Source of the DNA: Octopus vulgaris
Lineage: Eukaryota
Length of the DNA stretch: 64,000 bases
Direction of reading: 5' to 3'
NCBI GenBank assembly: GCA_951406725.2
Contig: OX597830.1
Coordinates: forward strand, 12,586,001 to 12,650,000
Below the pieces are notes generated by a model. That model worked only from the letters and a program-made list of their open reading frames with translations, was not told the origin of the DNA and searched no databases. Made by a program: the position numbers and the translations under genes. Positions 53,439 to 64,000 of this stretch are shown piece after piece (the first letter of the stretch is position 1; each line of letters begins with the position of its first letter).

Positions 53439-53669
53439 TATTTCTTTACTGCCCACGAGGGACTACACACGGAGGGGACAAACAAGGACAGACAAACGGA
53501 TTTAGTCGATTATATCGATCCCAGTGCGTAACTGGTACTTATTTAATCGACCTCGGAAGGATGAAAGGCAAAGTCGACCTCGGCGGAATTTGAACTCAGA
53601 ACGTAGAGGCAGACGAAATACAGCTAAGCATTTCGCCCGGCGTGCTAACGACTATGCCAGCTCGGGGCC
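53439..53669 (-). mobile_element. SINE family A, full length
   Basis: Reverse complement of 17391-17619. Confidence 0.9.
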
Positions 53670-54356
53670 TTGTCATAAACTTGGTTAATAAATACGAACT
53701 CAATTTGCATGAAATCACTATATAGAGAAATACAAACGATTTGGTGGGAGGAGTTTCCGCTGGAGAGGTAAATATAAGAAATGGTAAAGATGACAGTTTT
53801 AGAATATTGCGTGACAAAATCACCTTCGAAGGTAGATTCATAATTTGTCTGTGTGTTCAGATAGTTGTTCGCACTAGGAGATTAAACAACGTTCAAGCTA
53901 TGTACTACAGATGAGATTGTTATAAATAAGCGGGGACACCACTAGCTGGAGTCGCATCGAATAAGATTTTAACCGCCAGAGATATAAAAAAGAAGTATGG
54001 ACGGGAAAGGAGATATAGAAAATGACAGGATAAAATGAAGGAGAACGCACGATGTGTCACTTCAGTCTTAGAAGAGTCGAGAGAATAAAAATTAAGTGAC
54101 AGGTGTCAGAATAATAAAACAGAAAAACATATTAAGTATCAAAATATTATTGTATTTCAATATTTGACAGAACAGCTATAAAAATAGTAAACATTAATAG
54201 TAAGGAGAATAATTAATAAGGTACATAAGTATGTATTCCCGCTAATGGCACATTGACACATACAAACATATGTGCATACGTATAAGTATACGCACCTACA
54301 TAACCACGTATATATATGTATATACATATGTATGTATGTATATATACATATGTATG

Positions 54357-54422
<66 letters not shown>

Positions 54423-54480
54423 TGTATGTATATGTATGTATGTGTATATATATATATGTGTGTGTGTATGTATATATGTC

Positions 54481-54522
<42 letters not shown>

Positions 54523-54525
<3 letters not shown>

Positions 54526-55205
54526 CTGTATAATAATACAGACAAGTGACCGAAAAAGTATGAGCGAACCCTAGCCAGAATCGAACCCACAAATCAACGC
54601 TAACATGGCTCCTTGCGCATCCGATTGGGCCGAAAGCTCATCCAACAATTTCAGCCAAACTTAATGAATATATACTAAAATTGTCTAATACTACGTATAA
54701 AATGTGTAAACAAACTAGAAAGGCTTTGTAAGTTACGGAGAGAACGCTACTATGGGAGACTCATAGTATAATAATAACTGTATAATGATATATCATAATA
54801 ATATTTATTCTCCGATTTGAAGCGACAATTTTTAAATACAAAGAAATGACCGAAAAATTATAAGCTAACTCTAGCCAGAACCAAACCCACAAATCGACGC
54901 TAACACGGCTCCTGGCGCTTCGAATTGGGCCAAACGCTCTCCCCTCAGTTTCGGCCAAACTTAATGAATGTATACCTGAAATGTCTAATACTACGTATAA
55001 TATTTGTAAGCAAATCAGAAAGGCTTTGTAAGTCACGGGGAGAAAGCTACTATGGTTGGAATTCATGAGAGAGCATTTATAAGTGTCACTTCAAATCAGA
55101 GAGTATATATTATAATGATATATTATTATACAGTTACACTACAAATCTTCCAAACCTTTCTCTCCGTAACTTACAAGGTTTTCCTGGTTTCTTTACAAAT
55201 ATTAT
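54523..55205 (-). repeat. ~300-bp unit containing a tRNA-like Pol III sequence: two tandem copies plus an inverted partial copy
   Basis: 54540-54760 matches 54840-55060; 55075-55205 is the reverse complement of ~54700-54840; rc has GGCCCAATCGG, GGTTCGATTC and TTTTT; third partial copy at 57693-57797. Confidence 0.7.
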
Positions 55206-55334
55206 ATATATATATACAAATTATATATATATATATATATATTCACACACATATACACATACACACACACGCACACTTCTAAAGATATACTAATGAAACT
55301 GCATAAACACATTAATGTAGAAATATAAGTGTAT

Positions 55335-55590
55335 TCATGCATACTCATACATACATACACGCATGCATGTATGCATGCATACATAATACATACATACATA
55401 CATACATGCATACATACATACATACATACATAATACATACATACATACACGCATGCATGTATGCATGCATGCATACATAATACATACATACATACATGCA
55501 TTCATACATACATGCATACATACATACATACATACATACATACATACATACATACATACATACATACATACATACATACATACATACATG
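55335..55590. repeat. (ATAC/ATGC)n microsatellite
   Basis: Direct inspection. Confidence 0.95.
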
Positions 55591-56774
55591 TATACATGTA
55601 TATATACAGATAATTCAAAAAATTAATATGTAAGACATACAGCAGAACGAAAATGCCACTAGACATGCAATATAATGTAATGTGAAACAAAAATATATAT
55701 ATATATATAATGGCGATAAAATAGGCTACTATATAAAGTTTATCTGAACGGTTAGCATACATTACTCCCTGTAACTAAGTAGCACTTGTGGGTGAAGTGT
55801 AGTAGCAGAGAAAAGAGAAAAACATCGCGAAATGTATGTGCATATTATGTTAGAATTCATATATTCCTGCATTGTTTATGGCTTGGATAAACAGTATTTT
55901 AAGAAAGTTTTATCGATCATATTATTGGCTAATTAAGCTAATTAGACAGACTTGGTTTCCCTCTTGGAATTTCAAGCGCCTCCGCTGCACCACCTGCTCC
56001 CACCTCTGTCGTAAGGAAACCAGTCGATATAGTGGACTAGGAAATGACGTGTTTGGCATTATTTACTTTCAATCAATTCCCAGACGGGTCTAGCTAATGA
56101 AGAGTTACGTAGATTTTGAGGTGGGTGGCGATTATTATCAAAATGTTTAAGAGTTTTTCCTCGTGATTAAAAGGTTAATAGTTACTCAATCTCGCTTTAA
56201 ATTCCATCACCGTCGTACGAATAAAGGGGTAAACTTTGTTAGGTGTACAAACGGAATATTTATTCACCATGTTCTTACGGAGGTATTGGTTACCAAATAA
56301 CTATTATCTCAATCTCTACAGTGACAAGCTCGCCATAAAATAGCTGTTTGAGTGTGCGTTCATCTACCATTCGAACAATATGGCCAGACCATCTCATTTG
56401 TTTTTCTTTCAGAATCATTGAATTAATTGAAGTGATACCTGCAGACGCAAATGCATCTGTGTTTACAGAAAAAAAAAATATCCCAGTTAATGTTTAAAAT
56501 GCGACGAAGGCATTTTTGATGGAATCATTCTAACAATTTAAAATGTCTTTCATAATACGTCCATGTTCCAGGAGAATACAGCAGGGCTGGTAAGAGAAAC
56601 GATTTGTAAAGAGCCTATTCTGTGTCTTTACTTATATGTCGTTTGCGCCAAACACGTGACTCCAAACCACAAGAAGATTTTGGGCCATATACCTCCTTAA
56701 CGTAAGAATACAAACCCTTGGCAACATTTCTATCAGCTGCTTCTTACGTCCCTTTTGCTCTATCATTCCAACGT

Positions 56775-57161
56775 GGAGTCGCAATGGCCCAGTGGTTAGG
56801 GCAGCGGACTCGCGGTCATAGGATCGCGGTTTCGATTCCCAGACCGGACGTTGTGAGTGTTTATTGAGCGAATACACCTAAAGCTCCACGAGGCTCCGGC
56901 AGGGGATGGTGGTGATCCCTGCTGTACTCTTTCACCACAACTTTCTCTCACTCTTACTTCCTGTTTCTGTTGTACCTGTATTTCAAAGGGCCGGCCTTGT
57001 CACTCTCTGTGTCACGCTGAATCTCCCCGAGAACTACGTTAAGGGTACACGTGTCTGTGGAGTGCTCAGCCACTTACACGTTAATTTCACGAGCAGGTTG
57101 TTCCGTTGATTCGGATCAACCGGAACCCTCATCGTCGTAACCGACGGAGTGCTTCCATTCC
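56775..57161 (+). mobile_element. tRNA-derived SINE (head B plus tail X) with ~13-bp TSD
   Basis: A box TGGCCCAGTGG, B box GTTTCGATTC; atca(t/a)tccaacgt at 56762-56774 and 57162-57174. Confidence 0.9.
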
Positions 57162-57506
57162 ATCAATCCAACGTTCCAGTTTAATTTTCCTTAGAGAAGT
57201 CTCCGCTTTCCATTCTAACTTTCTGTAATCTTCGTTGGGGTTCAAGGACTGAGAAAGAAGTGTATTGCCTATGTTTTATTTTTATAAAAGAATATCATTA
57301 ACTTTTTGGGTACCTTAAGACCAGACTATTGATGGTCAGTCCAGCTCTCCGCTCCTAACATGGCCCGAACACTAGAAACATCTTTCACATCACGCTTTCT
57401 GGTCAAAATATAATCTATGAGATGCTAGTCCTTAGATCTTGGGTGCATCCAGGTGGTTTTATATTTATTTTTCTACTTAAATGTTGGGAACATTTATATA
57501 TATATT

Positions 57507-57538
<32 letters not shown>

Positions 57539-57566
57539 TGTATGTATGTATGTATGTATGTATGTG

Positions 57567-57695
<129 letters not shown>

Positions 57696-57796
57696 CTGTA
57701 TAATAATACAGACACATGACCGAAAAAGTATGAGCTAACCATAGCCAGAATCGAACCCACAAATCAACGCTAACATGGCTCTTTGCGCATCCGATT

Positions 57797-59205
57797 GCAC
57801 AGATTATTCTCAGTACAAAATGTCAAAAGAGCAACTCCATTTTTATTACATTTTCCAATCCCACGTCGGCCTGAAACAGGTCATGAAATGTAATCATTTC
57901 CAACTTTTGCGTTAAAATCTCGCAATATGTCCGGCTTGTCAGAAATTGGTACTTTCCTCAATAATTGTACTAGAGCATCATAAAACTGTCCTACAGTTTC
58001 ATTAGAATGAGATATTGTTGCTGCTTAAATACTGAGAACGGTAAGAAACCTACCTTTTGTCCGTTTTATACGGCATGACATGCTTCGTACAGATATACCA
58101 CTTGGAAATTCTGCAATGGAAGATAATGAATTCTTGAGAGCAAACCCAACACCAGATTCTCTACGCTAGCCTTTAGGTAGGTCTTTCCAGAAGATAGTAT
58201 ATCCATAAATAGGCTCATTTATCTGAGCCTCACCAGAGAAACCAGTTTCAGAGAGTGCAACTATATCAAGGGAATCTACCCTACTATCCCTCTAGCGTCT
58301 AACGTCTGACCTCTGACCTCTGACCTCTGACTTCTGCCTGAAGTCAGAAAACCATGATAGACCGTTAGCTCCTACACGCATTTTTTCTCTCCTTTTTTCT
58401 CTCCTTTTTCTCTCCTCGTTTCTCTCCTTGTTTCTTTTCTGTGTATCTTTCTATCGAAGAGCGTAGGCTCGAAACGTAAAAGACTTGTTCTATTTCTATT
58501 CCTGAGCGCCATACTAATACATTTGTTTGTTTGTACTCTACCTGCCTTCGTCTTTTGTTTATTTTCGTAAACCTTCCCGTTATATATCAAGGGAATATTT
58601 ATTAAGCTCACATGCAATAAGTGCAGTACGCCTTTCTAGCCTCTCGTTGAAATTGTCATGTAGAAGTGTTCGCACATTCCAAGAACCAAAATTCAGAAGA
58701 TGTTTATTTTCACTTCTTCTTGAAGATTGTTTGACCACAGTGATAGGATAACGACCGGACCCAACCTGTGACATACTGAGACCCCTGCTGAGCCTGACCT
58801 GTTCCCTTGACGTTCCAAAGCCTGTTTTTTTGCCATTTACTGAATCTATTTGAGCCATTTCAGAATAAGTTGCAATTGCATTTTTAGGTTTCTCCCAACT
58901 AATTCAAGGATTTTACCAGAAGTACCTGTGCAGATGAATAATTTTTCAGTGGGTGCAGCTTGCAATGCAACTACCTCCACCTATTGGTCCAAGATGGCAT
59001 TCGCTGGTGTAACATGAGAATTAACAAAACCAGGAGCTTCCAAGGTCTCAGGTGTTATTTTGGAAAATTCTTTCTCCTAGGTAGATTACTAACCAAGGTT
59101 AATGAGCTTCTACCTGCCCATGAGGTAGGCTATCCCACGACAGACACCCAAACGCTCCATAGAGTGATTAAACATCATTCCGGTGTCCGACTCGGAGCAG
59201 CTTAT
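57797..59205 (-). mobile_element. RTE LINE 5' part (5' UTR plus APE endonuclease), interrupted at 58276-58582
   Basis: FGSWNVRTLL...RRTALIACELNKYSLDI | VALSETGFSGEAQINE...GVGFALK...RDFNAKVG...GIGKCNKNGVALLTFC. Confidence 0.9.
58276..58582 (+). mobile_element. 307-bp insertion carrying a hammerhead-like motif (58446-58483), with 14-bp TSD
   Basis: TATATCAAGGGAAT at 58262-58275 and 58583-58596; same family as 34445 and 49362; (TCTGACC)n at the 5' end. Confidence 0.85.
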
Positions 59206-59259
59206 ACGTACATTAGATACTTTTTACATACATACATACTTTTTAAATAGATATTTACT

Positions 59260-59485
59260 CATATTAGTTGGATGGCCGTTGACTACCCATGAATTCCTCT
59301 GCCCTTTGACTGGTCTTAATTTTCGTCCCGCAGGCTGTCCAACAATCACCCTCTTCGCCAAAAAAGCTTGGTGGCGTTGCCAGTTTAGTCGGCGACGACC
59401 CGACCATGTAACAGGTTGTACTGGGTTACATGTTACCAGTAGCGAACAAGAACGACTAATAGCACTCGAGGGCGACCTGACTAAG
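59260..59485 (-). repeat. Structured repeat sharing a module with 52820-52865
   Basis: ggatggccgttgact...ttcctc.gccctttgac.gg is shared. Confidence 0.5.
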
Positions 59486-59507
59486 ACATATATATATGCA
59501 TAGTTAT

Positions 59508-59604
<97 letters not shown>

Positions 59605-60115
59605 TAGATAAACAGATAGACAGATAGACAGACAGATAGACAGATAGATAGATATATTGCAGGTGCCACCGATATACAAAGTTCTCAGTCTTATCGTTAA
59701 AGGGATGAAACTGAGTATTCTGAATATTAGTATTTTGGTCGATAACTGATGAAGAATTAGAGTCCTTCTATGTCTGTCCTACGTGTACGTTTTGCAGTAT
59801 TTGATGCATTATATATATATATATATATATATATATTTACGCACACACCGCTTGGTCTCTTGACCGAAGCCTTCTTACTACAGAAGCTACCAACCACTCG
59901 TACTCGCTGACACGCGTGCGCACACGCCTACACATACATACACATATTCACTCACAAATACACACAACTAGCACCAGGATCACTCTCCCTAGCTATTAAG
60001 AGCCTCGACAACTCACTTCCGGTCATATGTCGAAGGTGTGAACACAACCCACGTGCGTTTATTTTCTTGTCTCTCTTCTCACCTTTCTTATCTCCTTTCC
60101 TTTCTTCCTTATCTC

Positions 60116-60154
60116 AGGTATTTGATGAAGGTCTATTTCTGAAACGTTACACTT
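60116..60154 (+). ncRNA. Degenerate minimal hammerhead motif (C3U)
   Basis: aggtat-TTGATGA-agg(tctatt)tct-GAAA-cg-TT-acactt, after a pyrimidine-rich tract as in the other copies. Confidence 0.5.
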
Positions 60155-60214
60155 TTGCTCAACAATTTTACTCGATAACTTTTATTCCTTCTTTCGGAGT
60201 CAACCTAAAAATAT

Positions 60215-60425
60215 TGATTTCAAATTTTGGCACAAAGCCAGTGATATCGGAGGAAGGGAAGACGATAACATCGAACCCCAGTGTTCAACTGGTACTTATT
60301 TTATCGACCTTGAAAGGATGAGAGGCAAAGTCGACCTCGGCAGAGTTGGAACCCAGAACGTAAAGACGGATGAAATACCGCTTAGCATTTTGTCCTGTGT
60401 GCCAGCGATTCTGGCATCTCTCCTT
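60215..60425 (-). mobile_element. SINE family A
   Basis: Reverse complement of the family A core. Confidence 0.8.
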
Positions 60426-61359
60426 ATAACAGTCGGCCTAATAACATTAATTGTGAACGTCCCTTTTCTCTCTCTCTCTCTCTTTCTGTATGTCTCTCTC
60501 GCTCTCTTTCTTTCACAAGATGATATGTATGTATGTATGTATGTATGTACGTAGGTTGAAAAATGCTCGTATCCCCTTGTAGGAGAAAGATAACATATTA
60601 ACGAAAGTTACAAAGATACAAAATCAATATACAAAAGACCTCGAATTGACATGTTGCCCAACATGTTTGTTTTAGGATATTTTACGGTCAATAACCTCAG
60701 TTGTACATTGCATGTAACGCCATGATTAATTACGTTCTGACACGATTAATTATTTAGGTCAATTCTAAACTAGTAATGAAAATTATTGATTGAATACTTC
60801 AGCTCTGTACTATTTAACAATTAAGTATTAATGGTCTTCTTCTATATAGATTACTAATTAAATCAGAGCAACAATGGAATTTAAGTATGTAAATGAAACT
60901 TTGTGGTTCATTTGAGAAATTAGCAGATTTAGAATCGAGATTTGAGATGAAAGTAGAATTCAGAAAGGCGAAATGCTTCGCACATATATTCAATTAACTG
61001 ATCTTAATAATCGTTCCCTTCTATTTAACATTGAGTAAAACAAATTAATTCTATTCATCTCTTCCTTAGTTGCTTTATCTTAAATCCTGTCAGTTCTTCT
61101 TGTATGTGACATCCTCCACTTGCTTTATTCTTCTGTCTTTCCCGTATAATTCATACACATCTGCTTTTATTGTGTTGCTGTCTCCTTTCCCTCACTTCCT
61201 CTTTCAAAGAGAATCCCGATAAAACTTTTCAAGAAAATCCAAATATGATATTTCTTTTAATTGGCTTCATTTTCATTTACTCATTTCTTCATCAAATATA
61301 TATAATCAAATGTGTGCGGAGCAAGAGTTGTAGAGAGCTGCAGAAAATAATTGAGCAAT

Positions 61360-61525
61360 AGACGCAGGAGTGGCTGTGTGGTAAGTAGCTTGCTAACCAG
61401 CCACATGGTTCCGGGTTCAGTCCCACTGCGTGGCATCTTGGGTAAGTGTCTTCTGCTATAGCCCCGGGCCGACCAATGCCTTGTGAGTGGATTTGGTAGA
61501 CGGAAACTGAAAGAAGCCTGTCGTA

Positions 61526-61576
<51 letters not shown>

Positions 61577-61800
61577 TTGTGTGTCTGTGTTTGTCCCCCT
61601 AGCATTGCTTGACAACCGATGCTGGTGTGTTTACGTCCCCGTCACTTAGCGGTTCGGCAAAAGAGACCGATAGAATAAGCACTGGGCTTACAAAGAATAA
61701 GTCCCGGGGTCGATTTGCTCGACTAAAGGCGATGCTCCAGCATGGCCGCAGTCAAAATGACTGAAACAAGTAAAAGAGTAAAGAGTAAAGAGTAAAGAGT
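61360..61800 (+). mobile_element. SINE family B, full length
   Basis: tRNA-like head, internal (TA)n(GT)n, ccagcatggccgcagtc...ctgaaac, (AAGAGT)n tail. Confidence 0.9.
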
Positions 61801-62054
61801 AATTATCTATTTAGTAGTCAGCAACGTGAAATATACTGAAGCGGTTTTATCGGTGGCGGGTGTTGAACACGTTTTGCAGTTTTAGAATTGGCTGATTTGC
61901 TGCAACAGATATGTATCGGATCAGTGAGATTTGTTTTTGTGTTTGGTGAATACTCGGCAAATGAAGGTTTCCCAATAAGCTGGATCGCCTTCTTTTGGAT
62001 CCAATCTAAAACATGAAATGATAGCAGCAGAAACACCAGCAGTACCAGAAGCAT

Positions 62055-62127
<73 letters not shown>
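62055..62127. repeat. (TAG)n microsatellite inside a decayed minus-strand LINE fragment
   Basis: Direct inspection; the adjacent HVLDWIQKKAIQLIG is LINE-like. Confidence 0.85.
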
Positions 62128-63542
62128 TGAAGTGGTGGTGGGAATCGTCGTCGTTTTAGAAGCAGCAGCATCTCCCTCTCAACATGCAAACATTACCTTT
62201 GTGTGTGGACCCCGCGTTTGTCTTGTAATGAGTCAGTAATTATTCTAACCTCCAACAAGTCCATATTTCGAAATAAAAAAAAATACAGTTCTATATTTAA
62301 GATATAAATATCCGTCAATTGTAAATAATGTAAATAATGTAAAAAAAAAAAAAAACGTGACTGTTATATATCGCCGAGTAAATTTTTCCAAGATTATGAG
62401 ACATAACAGTTTTCTTTTAGAGGAAATAGTTTTCACTGTGCATTATTTATGAGTCTGGTGTCACATCCGATTTCAGTGATTCATAATGATGCCTGAGGTA
62501 TACACCATGGCAGGTCCCCCCAATCTACAAAAATACTAGACTATCACCCTACAGAAAAGCGGTCTCGAAGAATTGGGTAAATAGTCGATTCACTAGATAT
62601 GGATGCTAGCTAAAGTGTTGAGATAACTACGATCACCTCATCCAAGAACGGGGTGGCGACATATAAACGTTATAACCATGTGAAAAGACACATCTCAGAC
62701 CCTTGCAGATCAAATGGACCGTTTTATAGCGGCAGAACGAACTCTATAGAAACCAGAAGCTAGAGTGAAGGGCAGAAGCAAAAGTGTATCAGAACATCTA
62801 AAAGTCTGGTCGACAGTGTTATATAATTATTTATGATTAATGAGTATAAGTGGGTTTCCATTATATTTATAGCGAATGTATCAAAGATATGAATGCTTTA
62901 AATAATCAGTGGATGACACCTGACACTCACACACAACAACAACAACAACAACAACACGAAAAATAGTAAGATCGATACTGATAGTATTTAGTGTGATCTT
63001 CAATAGGTTGACGTTTACTTGGACAAACACGGCTTGACAGAGACTTGCAGTGAACTGCATCTCTGGAAATGGATGATTAGGCAAACAGTATGGAAATGTG
63101 ATATGTAATAAGGAGAGATGGGGCAGGCGCAGTAAGTGGAATGGTTGAAGATGGGAAACAAGTTGCTAAACCCAAAGAAGTAAACTATATAATTGTAGTG
63201 GCAGATAAATGGAAAAGAGTTGGGGTGGAGACAATTCGTCTGCGAGTCAGTAGTTGAAGTGTACTGGTGAGTGACTCTTTGACAATCACCTTTATGGCTT
63301 TTTTGTATGAAGACTTACGACACATTACGTAAGCAATGAGCCAACAAATTTGAATTAATTAAAAGTAAATGTAAATTGGGAAGAAGCAACTCTTTTGCTC
63401 AACAAAATCAATTATTAATGTAAATCAATATATGAAGTGGAGACAAGTTTAAAATTTAAATTTAATGAAACCGATTTTTGTGATGCAATGGGGGAATGGG
63501 CCTCGTCATAAAAGCAATGATTTGCTAAGAAAGTATAATAAT

Positions 63543-63686
63543 GATTTCAAATTTTGGCACAAGGCCAGCAATTTGGGTGATAGGGGTAAATTATTTACAT
63601 CGATCCAGTGTTCAACTGGTACTTATCTTATTGTCTCCGAAAGGATGAGAGGAAAAGTCAACCTCGGCAAAATTTGAACTCGGAAC
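63543..63686 (-). mobile_element. SINE family A, 3' part
   Basis: Reverse complement of the family A core. Confidence 0.75.
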
Positions 63687-64000
63687 AAATGAAGTTGTCA
63701 TCGTGTTTGTCATCAAATTCACTCGCTCCTACACACCCACATTCAATTATCACTAATTAAATTTGGTCACAATTAAATACTGAGCTAATGATTGTTTTCT
63801 CCTTACTAAACGTTTGCTCTTCAAACAGAAAGCATTCCAGGGTAATTTCCAACAGTCATTGTTCTTTCATATGTATCTATGTCCCAGCTACCTAATTAGT
63901 GCTCTAATATGGGTCAAATTTGAGTAGGTTAACGTAGGTAATGCATTTGGGGGGAGATTTAATTATGGCAGTAATTTTTATGTGTAATCACCACAAGAAT

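Noticed and set aside
61818-62239. Poly-Leu and poly-Val ORFs resembling signal or transmembrane segments
   Set aside because: Derived from the (TAG)n microsatellite

Overview
AT-rich, microsatellite-dense eukaryotic DNA. Its tRNA-derived SINE families and repeat content look like an octopus (coleoid cephalopod) genome; this is an inference. Only one host coding exon is supported: the first coding exon of a PDE11A-like GAF-domain phosphodiesterase on the minus strand (CDS 13642-14472). The rest is intron or intergenic DNA filled with decayed mobile elements: a near-complete Mag-type Gypsy LTR element, R4/Dong, RTE and CR1-type LINE fragments, mariner/Tc1, hAT MITEs, non-autonomous Helitrons and three SINE families. 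The most notable unannotated signal is about ten minimal type-I hammerhead-ribozyme-like motifs in several short repeat families. Most sit next to microsatellites or Penelope-like remnants, some carry recurrent non-canonical cores (U4C, A6U), and one is inserted into a LINE with a 14-bp TSD. Most ORFs in the supplied track are microsatellite artefacts. All calls were made by eye, and boundaries of decayed elements are approximate.
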